Source of the DNA: Eledone cirrhosa | Lineage: Eukaryota | Direction of reading: 5' to 3' | Length of the DNA stretch: 64,000 nt | Assembly: GCA_964016885.1 (NCBI GenBank) | Contig: CAXHJY010000492.1 | Location: forward strand, 1 to 64,000 | Shown here: positions 33,212 through 45,213 of the stretch, in pieces | How the letters are laid out: each line of letters opens with the position of its first letter | How positions within the stretch are numbered: the stretch's first letter is position 1 | Position numbers and translations under genes: made by a program | Notes under the pieces: generated by a model | The model's database searches: none | What the model saw: the letters and a program-made list of their open reading frames with translations, nothing else | Told to the model about the DNA's origin: nothing

Positions 33212-36200
33212 ATGGATGTGTTAAGAGTAGGATGTTTGAATGCACGTGGCCTGGGCTCAACTTGGAAGCAAGCAAAGCTTCTAAATGACCTCAGGTCATG
33301 TAGTATAAATGTAATGGTTATCTGTGAGACTCGAATCAGCGTCGTGCGGCAGCTGGCCCCCACCTTCGATGACTTTGAGGTGCATGCATCTCTCTGTCAA
33401 CCTGGAGGTGGGGGTGGGGTTGTCGTACTGCTGCAAAAACACCTGGGTCTTGCCGTACAGGTTGTGCACTCGGACCCGGAGGGTCGTTTGTTGGTGCTAG
33501 ACGTTGGCAGTAGTGAAAGTGCGGCCTTGAGACTGGTCGCCGTCTACTCCCCTTTCGGAGCTGAACGGCCCGACTTCTTCCAGCGTTTGGAGACTTTTCT
33601 GGGAACGTCGCGTTCCCTGCTTCTAGCGGGGGATTGGAATGACATCCTGGATGCACGTTGGGACTATGCAGGAGCATGTCCTAATAGAGGAGGGTGTAAC
33701 AGCCTCAAGGGGTTACTCGACCGTTTTAACTTGGTCGATAGATATCGACTAGATTTTCCAACTGTGCCTACCTGGACTTGGAGAAACCACAGTGGTCAAT
33801 CTAGATCGTACTTAGATAGATTCTTAGTTAGAAGTAAGGATAGGGACATATTAAGCTGTTCAGAAATGCGCACGGTTGGCTACACGGATCACAAATTAGT
33901 GACCTGCGTTGTCAATCTCGAGAAAACACATAGACAGGGTCCCGGTTACTGGAAACTTAATTTGTCTTTACCGGCAAAAGAGACTTACAGAAACCGGATT
34001 AGCAGATTAGTTAAGGAGAGGTTGACGGGTGCAATCGTCAACAACCGATGGTGGGCATCTCTCAAAAGAGAGATTAGAACAGAATCAATAAGTTATAGCA
34101 AGATGTTAGCTGCCGATAGGAATAGAAACGAGAAAGAATTAACAGGTAAATTAGAAGAGGCAATCAAGAGCGAAGATGTGGCCAGAGTGCTGGCATCGAG
34201 GACGGCCTTGAACCAGTTTTTCGATGCAAAGCACGAAGGCTGCGTCATTCGAAGTAAAATACGTGCTCTAGGTAATGAGGGGGCCAAAGCCGTTGGATGG
34301 GCCCGCGTGACAGAAGCTAAGAGTGGAAATCGATCCACCATCCGGTCGTTGCAAGACGAAGATGGACGGGTGATCCGGGAGCCTAAGCAGATGTGCGAGG
34401 CCTTTCAAAGGCACTTTGCCCGATTGTTCGGGGGAGGCGAGGGTCCAGGCGGGGGCGTGGATTTCGGTCCATACCTCGACGGCCTGCCGCGTCTCTCGAA
34501 CGAAGAGGCAGAGTCCTGCGAGGGACCAATCTCGGCTGATGAGATCGGAGATGCGCTGAGCCAATGCAGCAGACGCAAATCTCCAGGTCTCGATGGTATA
34601 CCTTACGAACTTTATTTAGCAATGCCGGTCTTCTTCTCCGAACTCCTCGAAGCGGTCTACTGCAATTGGCAGCAGAACGGGAGAATTCCTTGTTCTGTAG
34701 CCAAGGGCGTAGTCACGCTGGTGAGGAAGGACGAGAACAAGGGGGATAATATAAATAATTTTCGGCCCATAACCCTGCTAAACACAGAGTTAAAGATTTT
34801 GGCCAAGGTGTTAGCAAAGAGGTTGGCGCTTGTCGTGGGAGGCCTGGTGGGAGATGCGCAGACATGTGCTATCCCATCCAGGTCCATTCACGATAACCTC
34901 CACCTCATGCGATACATCATAGAGAGGGTTGGCAACAAACCCGGCTTCGGTGGGGCCCTGATCAACTTAGATCAGTCTAAGGCCTTCGATAGGGTCGACC
35001 ATGGTTACCTGGATTCGGTGCTAGCGGCGGCTGGGTTCGGTCCTGTTTTCAGAGGCTGGATCACTGCCTTACATAGCAACCACATCTGTTCTAGGATCAA
35101 GGTGAACGGCTACCTTTCGAAGCCGTTCGAAATCACACGATCCATTCGACAGGGGTTCCCTCTCTCCTCCCTTCTGTACGTATTGACTCTCGAGCCTTTA
35201 CTGAGGAAGTTGGAGTTGTTGCAGGGTATCCCCCTGTAACCAGGATTGAGCAAAGCGGTGTCGGCCTACGCCGATGACGTAACAGTAATGGTATCGACCG
35301 ACTCGGAGATCGAGGCGATCGGTACCTTACTGGAGGAGTACGAAAAGTTGTCAGGAGCGAAACTGAACCGGGAAAAATCCATCGGGCTGCAACTCGGAAC
35401 GTGGAGAGGCAGACCGATGCCTCCTGACGGTGTCGTCGGACACTGGACGGAGGGCCCGGTAAAGTTGCTTGGGGTCTGGTTTGGACCGGACCTCCAGGTG
35501 GAAAAGAACTGGAACGAGGTTACGAACAAGGTGTTTGCACTAACCCAGAAATGGGCCAAGTGTAAGCTGTCCCTAAAAGGCCGGGCGGAGGTGGCGAACA
35601 TTTACATAGCGTCTGTCACTTACTACCGCCTGACTGTCGTGCCTTGCCCTAAGGAAACACTCACCACCATGGAACGCATGCTCTTCCAATTTCTTTGGAA
35701 GAAGCGTCCTCCTATGGTGAGAAGATCCATCTGCTGCCAACAACCTTCGAAAGGAGGGCTGGGGATGCCGTGGTTGATGATGCGTAGGCACGCATTAAGG
35801 CTACGGCACCTACAGGTATTCCTCACTGGTCAACCGGTGTGGGCTCCGTTCGTGAAACGAGCCTTTCCGAGACTCGTCTCGCTCACCGAGCTACAGTCCT
35901 GGGTCAAGCAAAGATCCGGAAAACTGGGAGACTGGCACACTGAGTGTGCTCAGGCGCTCAGAGCTCTCTGGCAAGCGGGCCAGGCCATCGGTGGAGAATC
36001 CACCTCAGCATTCTATAGAGGGCTGGTGGCTAGCAGGGGCGATGACACCCTTGGAGAGTCGCTGGACATGGAAGAGGACGAACTGGCCAGCCTGTTCGGT
36101 AGGACTTTCGGCCCAGGACCAATGGACAACTTCCAGAAGTCACTGGCCTGGCAGTGCTACCGGGGGGCTCTACCCGTTCGAGAGAGGCTCTACAGACACG

Positions 36201-36649
36201 GGCGCCCGGGCAGGGATCCCTCAAAAAAGATTTGCCCTAGATGCGTGCGTCACGAAGAAACCGTTGCGCACGCATTGGTGCAATGTCCGGGCGTGGCTGA
36301 TCTGTGGGGCTACGCCGAACAACTGCTGTCGCGGGTGGCGCCGATTAAATTGACCGCCGAGTCCGTGATGACAATCAAACCGCCTCCCCTCTTCACAAAG
36401 GAAGCAAAGGCGGTTTTTCTGTGCGTAATAGCCATGTTGAAAGAGGTTGTTTGGTGGACACGATTGAAAGGTCTGAGGTCAGGCAACTTCCTCTCTGGCC
36501 ATAGTCTGGTCTACTTCTTCCGATATCACTTCGGAAGAAGGATAAGAATGGAGAGAGAGGTGCTTGGCCACAGGCAGTTTTATGAAAGGTGGGTGATAGT
36601 GGCGAGAATGGCTCGTGTAAATGGGCCTTCTCTGTATACCATCCTGTAG
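33212..36649 (+). pseudogene. Tx1 ORF2 (APE endonuclease + RT + C-terminal Cys/His motif) with one in-frame TAA at 35237-35239
   Basis: LNARGL, GDWN, SYLDRF, YTDHK, GPGYWKLN, KSPGLDG, FRPITLLN, DQSKAFDRV, YADD, CPRC..ETVAHALVQC. The two ORF-track pieces (33212 and 35246) are in the same frame. Confidence 0.9.
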
Positions 36650-36864
36650 GTAAAGAAGTAAAGGAGAGGGGAGCACCTTCTCCATGTGCTCCCCGGGCAA
36701 AGGATTGCACACTTTTTCGGGGGGGTGTGCAACCCCCATCACGTCCCCTCCCTTTTGAGGTTATTTTCGATTATTTTCATGTTACACCCTTTTTACTCGA
36801 TTATATGTAAACTCCCCCTTTGTATTTGTCCCTTCTTTTTATGCCTTTATGGTAAATAAAGAAA

Positions 36865-36914
<50 letters not shown>

Positions 36915-36959
36915 AGACACACCACAACAGAAACACAAACCATCCATCTCACTTTTACT

Positions 36960-36995
36960 CTTTTGATAATCATAAGAACTGTGAAACCGGTAAAG
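36960..36995 (+). ncRNA. Minimal HHR with U3-A8 core in a ~135-bp island between (TA)n tracts
   Basis: CUU-UUGAUAA-UCAUAAGAACUGU-GAAA-CCGG-UA-AAG; palindromic ACCGGU stem III; short stems. Confidence 0.45.
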
Positions 36996-37045
36996 TAAAT
37001 AAATATTCTTAAAAGACTCCAGTTGCATTTTCAAATTCTTTTCCT

Positions 37046-37076
<31 letters not shown>

Positions 37077-37210
37077 CGTCCTTGCCTCTATCTTTACTAC
37101 GGCCCTTGATAAACCTGTTCTACATCATCCACTCTCATCCCAGGAACAGTCTTTGATAGCGCTAGTTTGTGATTTAAATTCAGGAATTTTATATTCTTTG
37201 AGTGTAAAGA

Positions 37211-37294
37211 ACCTTCTGACGAGAATCTCTCTTTGCAACGAGGGCCGTATGGCCTACGTTTTATTTTTGGGATTCGAAACCGATCGGTAAAGGT
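37211..37294 (+). ncRNA. Type-I hammerhead ribozyme, copy 1
   Basis: ACCUU-CUGACGA-GAAUCUC...GGGAUUC-GAAA-CCGAUCGG-UA-AAGGU; canonical core; cut predicted after 37289. Confidence 0.85.
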
Positions 37295-37693
37295 AACTAT
37301 AGTAGGTAAAGTCAATTTTTTAAAATTTATTTTGAAACTTTTTCATTATTTACTAAACCTTGTTTATATTTGTTCTGGCTCGTTAATTTATTAACCCGCC
37401 ATTGAACCACACTGGCACTTGGTTGGACAATACATGCGTACCTTGGCGCCTTGTGCGTGAAAGGACGTATTTCATATTACTACTACCTCCACAAACGTTG
37501 AGAACAAACCGGGTCATTCCGACTGCTGCTGATAACAGCGGTGGCTAGTTTGACCTACCTCCTTTTGCCTCTATCTTTACTACGGCCCTTGATAAACCTG
37601 TTCTACATCATCCACTCTCATCCCAGGAACAGTCTTTGATAGCGCTAGTTTGTGATTTAAATTCAGGAATTTTATATTCTTTGAGTGTAAAGA

Positions 37694-37777
37694 ACCTTCT
37701 GACGAGAATCTCTCTTTGCAACGAGGGCCGTATGGCCTACGTTTTATTTTTGGGATTCGAAACCGATCGGTAAAGGT
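37694..37777 (+). ncRNA. Type-I hammerhead ribozyme, copy 2
   Basis: Same sequence as 37211-37294; cut predicted after 37772. Confidence 0.85.
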
Positions 37778-37873
37778 AACTATAGTAGGTAAAGTCAATT
37801 TTTTAAAATTTATTTTGAAACTTTTTCATTATTTACTAAACCTTGTTTATATATATATATATATATATATATA

Positions 37874-38603
37874 CAGGGTGTCCCAAAAGATGTGTACATA
37901 CTTTGATTACCTGTACAGGCAATATTTATTAGAATGCACAGCCATTCCCAAAAATAAAATTATCTACGAACATAATTCAATTGTATGTAAACACCCAAAA
38001 ATGTTTACATGATTTAAATAATTGTTTCTAGTTTTGGCACAAGGCCAGCAATACCCCCAGTGCATTACTGGTACTTTGTTTTATCGACCCCGTAAGAATG
38101 AAAGGCAAAGCTAACCCCGGCGGGATTTGAACTCAGGCCGTAAAGGGCCATAACTCTATGCTGCAAAGCATAGCATCCAACCCTCTACTGATACTGCCAA
38201 TCCACCGCCCTTAATTTAAATAATTGTTTCTACTTTTGGCACAAGGCCAGCAATTACCGAGTACATTACTGGTACTTTATTTTATCGACCCCGTAAGGAT
38301 GAAAGGCAGAGTCAACCTAGGTGGGATTTGAACTCAGATCGTAAAGGGACGTAACTACGCTGGAAAGCAATAATTGTTTCTACTATTGGCACAAGGCCAG
38401 AAATTACCCAGTACATTACTGGTACTTTATTTTATCGACCCCGTAAGGATGAAAGGCAAAGTTAACCTCGGCGGGATTTGAACTCAGAATGGCAAGGGCC
38501 GTAACTCTATGCGTCAAAGCATGGCGTCATGCATATAAAACAGAATCTATTTTAATGCATTTTTTTGCTGTTGAAGTGTGTATACATTTTTTGGGATACC
38601 CTG
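37874..38603. mobile_element. Tc1/mariner-type MITE with three nested SINE-A copies
   Basis: TA|CAGGGTGTCCCAAAAGATGTGTACATACTT ... AAGTGTGTATACATTTTTTGGGATACCCTG|TA terminal inverted repeats. Confidence 0.75.
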
Positions 38604-39034
38604 TATATATATTTGTTTGGTTACTTTTCTGTTGAACAATTGTTCACTATAGTTCCACATTACGGGGTCGATAAAATAAAGTACCAGTAATGCACTGGGT
38701 AATTGCTGGCCTTGTGCCAAAAGTAGAAACAATTATTATTACTACTTTGGAAAGCGGGGTGGACTGGAAGAATCGGTAGTGTCGGACAAAATGCTTTAAT
38801 GTTTTTAGTGACGATTTTCTACGTTCTGAGTTCAAATCCCACCGAGGTCAACTTTGCCTGCTATCCTTCAGAGATCGACAAAATAAAGTACCAGCTATGT
38901 ACTGGAGTCGATATTATCGAATTTCCTCCCAATTACTGGCCTTGTGCCTAAATTAAAAGCTATTATTGCTACTTTGGTTCTTTTAGTTTCACGGCCTCAG
39001 TGTGAGTGTGTCTGTGAAACATATACATATACAC

Positions 39035-39605
39035 CAGGTCCGAACACAAAGGAACCAAACTCCCACTGTCACTGCCTCCGTCTCTCCTCATCTCTCACTA
39101 TTATGAGCAAATGGGGGGGGGCACGCGCTGGCCACGGCGCACAGAATAGAGAAGGCGTTTCCCCAGAGAAGGATAACGAGGGAGACGCGCTGGAAGAGCC
39201 ATTCCAGCTCGCGAGACTCACCTGCGGGTGGAAGCCACAGACAGTGTCGTGCCTGTCAGAATGTTGAGTATCTCTGACTTACTGAGAACGCTGATAAGCA
39301 CCTCACTCTCTGTTGTAAGAACAATCGTTTTATATGATATCCTTGGCCCTAGGGCTACCTCCCTACTTACCACCATAGGCGCTGAGCTGGCTAGCCGGCG
39401 TGAGCCTTATGAGATGGAATGGTTCTTCCAGCGCATCTCCCTTACCATCCTCCGGGGAAACGCCTTCTCCATTCTGTCCGCCGGGGCTGTGGGGTGACCA
39501 GCACGTGAGACCCCATTTCCTCATAATACAGAGAGATGGGGAGGGCGAGAGAGATAGGGGTGATGACTGTGGGAGTTCGGCTCTTCCGTATTCGGACACA
39601 TTTAT
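39035..39605. mobile_element. Two diverged CRE-like 3'-end fragments in inverted, divergent orientation
   Basis: + strand EWFFQRISLTILRGNAFSILSAG*; the minus strand at ~39125-39230 carries the homologous WLFQRVSL..GNAFSIL. Confidence 0.6.
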
Positions 39606-39699
39606 CAATTCTATGTTGCTGTTGATACTTAAATAATTTTTTAAAAAAAACAACATCCTTGAAACTGTGTTAAGAATGTTCTTTTAGTTTGTACAACCC

Positions 39700-41160
39700 A
39701 AATACGTCTGTGTGTGAGAGTATATGTGTGTGTATGTTTGACAGTGTGAAATACGTCTGTGTGTGAGAGTATATGTGTGTGTATGTTTGACAGTGTGAAA
39801 TACGTCTGTGTGTGTATGTTTGACAGTGTGAAATACGTCTGTGTGTGAGAGTATATGTGTGTGTATGTTTGACAGTGTGAAATACGTCTGTGTGTGTATG
39901 TTTGACAGTGTGAAATACGTCTGTGTGTGAGAGTATATGTGTGTGTATGTTTGACAGTGTGAAATACGTCTGTGTGTGTATGTTTGACAGTGTGAAATAC
40001 GTCTGTGTGTGAGAGTATATGTGTGTGTATGTTTGACAGTGTGAAATACGTCTGTGTGTGAGAGTATATGTGTGTGTATGTTTGACAGTGTGAAATACGT
40101 CTGTGTGTGAGAGTATATGTGTGTGTACGTTTGACAGTGTGAAATACGTCTGTGTGTGAGAGTATATGTGTGTGTATGTTTGACAGTGTGAAATACGTCT
40201 GTGTGTGAGAGTATATGTGTGTGTATGTTTGACAGTGTGAAATACGTCTGTGTGTGAGAGTATATGTGTGTGTATGTTTGACAGTGTGAAATACGTCTGT
40301 GTGTGTATGTTTGACAGTGTGAAATACGTCTGTGTGTGAGAGTATATGTGTGTGTATGTTTGACAGTGTGAAATACGTCTGTGTGTGTATGTTTGACAGT
40401 GTGAAATACGTCTGTGTGTGAGAGTATATGTGTGTGTATGTTTGACAGTGTGAAATACGTCTGTGTGTGTATGTTTGACAGTGTGAAATACGTCTGTGTG
40501 TGAGAGTATATGTGTGTGTATGTTTGACAGTGTGAAATACGTCTGTGTGTGTATGTTTGACAGTGTGAAATACGTCTGTGTGTGAGAGTATATGTGTGTG
40601 TATGTTTGACAGTGTGAAATACGTCTGTGTGTGAGAGTATATGTGTGTGTATGTTTGACAGTGTGAAATACGTCTGTGTGTGAGAGTATATGTGTGTGTA
40701 TGTTTGACAGTGTGAAATACGTCTGTGTGTGAGAGTATATGTGTGTGTATGTTTGACAGTGTGAAATACGTCTGTGTGTGAGAGTATATGTGTGTGTATG
40801 TTTGACAGTGTGAAATACGTCTGTGTGTGAGAGTATATGTGTGTGTATGTTTGACAGTGTGAAATACGTCTGTGTGTGAGAGTATATGTGTGTGTATGTT
40901 TGACAGTGTGAAATACGTCTGTGTGTGAGAGTATATGTGTGTGTGTTTGACAGTGTGAAATACGTCTGTGTGTGAGAGTATATGTGTGTGTATGTTTGAC
41001 AGTGTGAAATACGTCTGTGTGTGAGAGTATATGTGTGTGTATGTTTGACAGTGTGAAATACGTCTGTGTGTGAGAGTATATGTGTGTGTACGTTTGACAG
41101 TGTGAAATACGTCTGTGTGTGAGAGTATATGTGTGTGTATGTTTGACAGTGAGAAACGTC
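39700..41160. repeat. Minisatellite of 49-bp and 33-bp unit variants
   Basis: Unit AAATACGTCTGTGTGT(GAGAGTATATGTGTGT)GTATGTTTGACAGTGTG, about 32 units. Confidence 0.97.
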
Positions 41161-41507
41161 AGCATTTAGATTTGTAATAATAGGAATTCAAAATATCTCA
41201 TCCGATTCACCGGATTCATTACATGTGGGTGGTAAGGGTTCTTGCATCGAACACAGAATGTAAAATAAATCCAGTCAATCAGGCGAGATATTTTCATTTT
41301 CTTCATTCGAAATCTATTGTTAATGAACGATACCCAATATATATATATATAAATTTTTTTTTTTTCAGTATATGCTGGTTGTTTACTGACACGTCAGTGT
41401 GCAGATTGAAGCATTCGACGAAGTACGCAGGTTGGTTTGTATACTTCGGAGTAATGTAAAATAAGTAAGTCAAATATGTAAAATTTGGCTTCGTTTATTA
41501 TAAATTT

Positions 41508-41564
41508 ACTGCTATATATATATTTCGGTGACAGCCATCATTGGCTGTGACCTCTTCAGGCAGT
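41508..41564 (-). ncRNA. Type-I hammerhead ribozyme
   Basis: ACUGC-CUGAAGA-GGUCACAGCCA-AUGA-UGGCUGUCACC-GAAA-UAUAUAUA-UA-GCAGU; perfect stem I. Confidence 0.8.
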
Positions 41565-41873
41565 CCGAATATTTTGACACACAGGTTTTTTGTATTTTAC
41601 ACTCCACTTTTACCTCATTTGTTTTTAAAACGCACCCACCTTTTGTTAGACTGCGTGGACGTAAATAGGTAAATAGATGAATGCACCGAGCCTGTCTTTA
41701 TACGTATGCACGCACAACGGTGCGAGCTGACAGACAATCACACGTACGTACTCTATGATAAAATAAGAATTGTAATTCTTTACACTTCTCGATACTGACA
41801 CACAGGTTTTCTATTTCGGTTTATATTTTTCAAAATTTTTTATATTGGTTGTAACACACGCATTCATTATTTG

Positions 41874-41915
41874 ACTGCCTGGAGAGGTCACAGTCACCGA
41901 AATATATATAGCAGT
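41874..41915 (+). ncRNA. Inverted, mutated copy of the 41508 HHR (A6G, shortened stem II)
   Basis: ACUGC-CUGGAGA-GGUCACAGUCACC-GAAA-UAUAUA-UA-GCAGU; flanks 41474-41565 and 41873-41956 are inverted repeats. Confidence 0.55.
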
Positions 41916-41962
41916 AAATTTATAATTTATAATAAACGAAGCCAAATTTTACATATATATAT

Positions 41963-42088
41963 ATTGTTTCCGAAGAATACGGTCTGATCGAACCTATATA
42001 TGAAATCTGATAATATACAGTTATATAACTGTTATAGATTAGTCAATATGTCAATATGATCAACCCTCCGAAACGATCGTAAAACAAT
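41963..42088 (+). ncRNA. HHR-like motif, U4C core variant, long stem II
   Basis: AUUGUUU-CCGAAGA-...-GAAA-CGAUCG-UA-AAACAAU; 7-bp stem I; base of stem II is decayed. Confidence 0.5.
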
Positions 42089-43800
42089 GATATGAATAGG
42101 TAAAATAACTTGACTGTTATTATTATTTTCATTGTTAAATTAATATCATATATACATATATGTATATATTTATATATATATATATATATACATATATATT
42201 AGAAATTGAACAACACAAAATATAACTACACCATTACCAAAGGTTTCTGGATGACAGACGATAATAATATTCGTCTGGATCGGTCGTCAGAGTTGCTATG
42301 TTTCCTTCGGAATTACCTAAACACATATATATATATGCACGTGTGTGCGTTGTTCAGGGCTACGGTCTTAGATTTGACTTAACTGACACTCTTTCACACC
42401 ACCGTATCTTTTCAAATTTGCTCAAAACATAGTTCACGCTTAATACTTTCGGAAAGTTTCATGGGACATAACTCTTAAAGGAAACGTTAATGAGTTATCT
42501 CCACTATATTTTAAAATTTATATATTTATACTTTATTAAAGCTAAGTGATGAGTCTTGTTACTCTGGAGTCCCACCTTGTATTCACTGGATCATCAGACA
42601 AGACAAGCGCCATGTCTGATAATCCTGTGATTTTTTTTTTCTCAAATTCACGCCTTATTCACAGCTGTATAAATAACATAACGAATTATAATTCTTACAG
42701 AATGAAAATACACACACAAATAAAAAAAAAAATACAATACTTAATTACATAAATATTTCACATAAAAATATAAATATAAAATCAAAGTGAAAGAAAATGT
42801 TAATTTAACACTAAATCATGTGTATCAGATGGACACGGATGCTTCAGACAGGACCCACTGGAGGGAGTGTCTCAGGATTAAGTGGGCAAAGAAGAAGAAG
42901 AAGAAGACAAAATAGAATTAAAGTAAACATTAATGTTCCTTTAAAAAACATTTACTTTGTCAGGTTAGCTTTGTCTTTCATCCTTACAGAGTCGATATGA
43001 TAAAGTACCAGTAATGCACTGAGGTTGATTTAATCAGCATACTAATTCTCTTCAAATTGCTGGCCTTGTGCTAAATGTAGAAACAATTATTGTTGAAGTT
43101 ATTATTGTTGTTTAGGTCAGCCTTTACTGAGAAAATCAGTTATGGGTGAAAAGCATCTAGACATGGCTATCTCATTTCTTCCTATTAAATAAGAGGCATT
43201 CCCTATTATTTTAAAATATATTTTCAGAACTGTATTGAAAAGAAACAGAACAATTTCTCATAACAGATAATATTCACAAATCTCCTACTTCATATTAAAA
43301 TATATTGTAAAAAAATGTTTCCTTTACATTTAACCTTTTAGCATTTACATTATTCTATATTTACTACTGTATTTTCACGGTAAACAATTAATTTCACATA
43401 ATTACATCACATAATATCAAATCTATGAGATTTTGAAATTATTTATTTTGAGAACAATACCTTAACATAAGTATGAGTGGCCGGTTACAGCTGATTTGAA
43501 CGGAAAGAGGTGAGAGAATTCTGGCAGGATGCAGCCAGTTTAAATGCTAAACATTGAAAGATTAACCCCAAACTGGTACTCATCTTTATCCAACTTCTTA
43601 TGACACAAATGAAATAAATTTGGTTTACAATACTATTCAGTAGCCAACAATGAAATAAAGTGAAACAGAAAGATCCAAGAAAACTAGTGATTATCTGTAA
43701 ATTAAGTATATAAAGTTTGTAAAGTATATTATTTTGCCATGAGAAAGAGACATTTCACATTTCAGGCAGAACACTTTGTCAAAGACCCTCCCTACCTTAA

Positions 43801-44007
43801 CCCTTTAGCATTTACATTACTCTGCTAACATATTTTCATGGTAAAGACTTTATTTCACATAATATGGGATCTATGAGATTTTGATGATGTTATTATTTGT
43901 CATGAGAACAATACCTTAATGTCAGTATGAGTGGCTAGTTATGGCCGGTTTGAACAGAAAGAGTTGAGAGAATTCTGGCCAGATATAGCCATTTAAATGC
44001 TAAAGGA
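43801..44007. mobile_element. piggyBac-like MITE (second, older copy at ~43334-43553)
   Basis: TTAA|CCCTTTAGCATTTA ... TAAATGCTAAAGGA|TTAA. Confidence 0.7.
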
Positions 44008-44070
44008 TTAAACATTAGACGTTTTTTTCTATGGCAAAATAGAAAAATAATTAAGTTACATTAACTAAAT

Positions 44071-44453
44071 GGAGGCATATGGCTTAGTGGGTAGAGCATT
44101 GGCCTTGCAATCGAAAGGTTGTGAGTTCAATTCTCAGACCGGGTGATGTGTTGTTTCCTTGAGCAAGACACTTTATTTCACATTGCTCCAGTTTACTCAG
44201 CTGTAGAAATGAAATGATAGGGACTGGGGTCCATATCATTCCACTGTAGAGTGGTTGTGGAGGTGCCACGGCAAAAAAGCACCCAGCCCACACTGTAAAG
44301 TGAACGTGTAGGCGCCACGGAAAAAAAGCACCCAGCACTCACTGTAAATGAGGTTGGTGTTAAGAAGGGCATCCAGCTGTAGAAATCAAGCCAGAATCAG
44401 TTCCTGTCCCACCCTTGCAAGCAGGGAAAAGCGGGCGTAAAATGAAATGATGA
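44071..44453 (+). mobile_element. SINE family B copy with RTE-derived 3' tail
   Basis: tRNA-like head; tail AAGGGCATCCAGCTGTAGAAA is shared with the RTE 3' UTR at ~51170. Confidence 0.75.
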
Positions 44454-45003
44454 AACCAATCTTAGAATGAATATCTATCAAAATAATTCACTAAATAAAA
44501 AATAAAATGGTAAATTCTTTTATCATTCATCGTTTTTTTATGCTTTTCTGTGGTTGTTTGGGTTAGATGAGTTCACTCCAATAGAGCTTCTGTCCATTTT
44601 TCCATATCCTGTGTCATCTCCTTTCTGAGTTTTAGCATCCTGGTTGGCTTTCATTTCTGCCCTTGTCTTCCTTTGTCTTTCTCATCAGCAGCTGCCTTCC
44701 ACTTGAAACATCTGGAACTTCTTCACTCAATGATCATCATCCATATGCAAAATATATCCATACCAGTGCAGCCTTCTCTTCTACACACATCTCATTCCTC
44801 ATATACCCAGTTTTTCTTTCAGTTCATCCATGCTTCATCATTAATGCACACTGACATTACACATACAAAAGAACATGCTTCGTTTGTTTTTCTTCATATC
44901 ATTCACAATTTTGAAGTACCATTTTTGTATTTTAAGGAGAATCATCATTTCAAAAATAAGATATTTAACTAAAGAAAGCTTCTTTTGCAAATACTTTATT
45001 CGA

Positions 45004-45213
45004 TCATCTTGACTGGTTTGTGGTGACAGACTTTCGAAAGATATTAAAATGTTCAAGATATTGTTGTACTGTGTCTGATGGACTATATTCTGATGTTAAC
45101 TTGTTCTTTAAAGTTGCTGGAGGATTGTCTAAAATATTACCCATTACACTTTGGATAAGTTCTTTCATTAAATTCCAACAATCATTTATTACAGCACATG
45201 GGTAGTATTCCAC
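45004..45213 (-). CDS. MED20: Mediator subunit 20, exon 4 (terminal)
   Basis: VEYYPCAVINDCWNLMKELIQS...YSPSDTVQQYLEHFNIFRK; CAG acceptor; stop at 45004-45006. Confidence 0.92.
   Translation of the reverse strand: MEYYPCAVINDCWNLMKELIQSVMGNILDNPPATLKNKLTSEYSPSDTVQQYLEHFNIFRKSVTTNQSR

Larger units (their letters stand above)
31046..36865 (+). mobile_element. Near full-length Tx1-clade non-LTR retrotransposon inserted in (TA)n
   Basis: 5' UTR, ORF1, ORF2, and 3' UTR ending AATAAAGAAATC; (TA)n on both sides. Confidence 0.9.
37067..37852 (+). mobile_element. Non-coding tandem HHR element (PLE pLTR tandem or retrozyme): two apparently identical 288-bp direct repeats, 483-bp period
   Basis: Repeats at 37082-37369 and 37565-37852; 5' end 37067-37083 is the reverse complement of internal 37461-37477; flanked by (TA)n. 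Confidence 0.8.

Noticed and set aside
35237-35246. Programmed frameshift or separate ORF3 in Tx1
   Set aside because: Both pieces are in the same frame; a single nonsense mutation is the simplest explanation.
39684-41165. 493-aa His/Thr-rich ORF or CRISPR-like array
   Set aside because: It is a minisatellite with no unique spacers and no cas genes, in a eukaryotic context.
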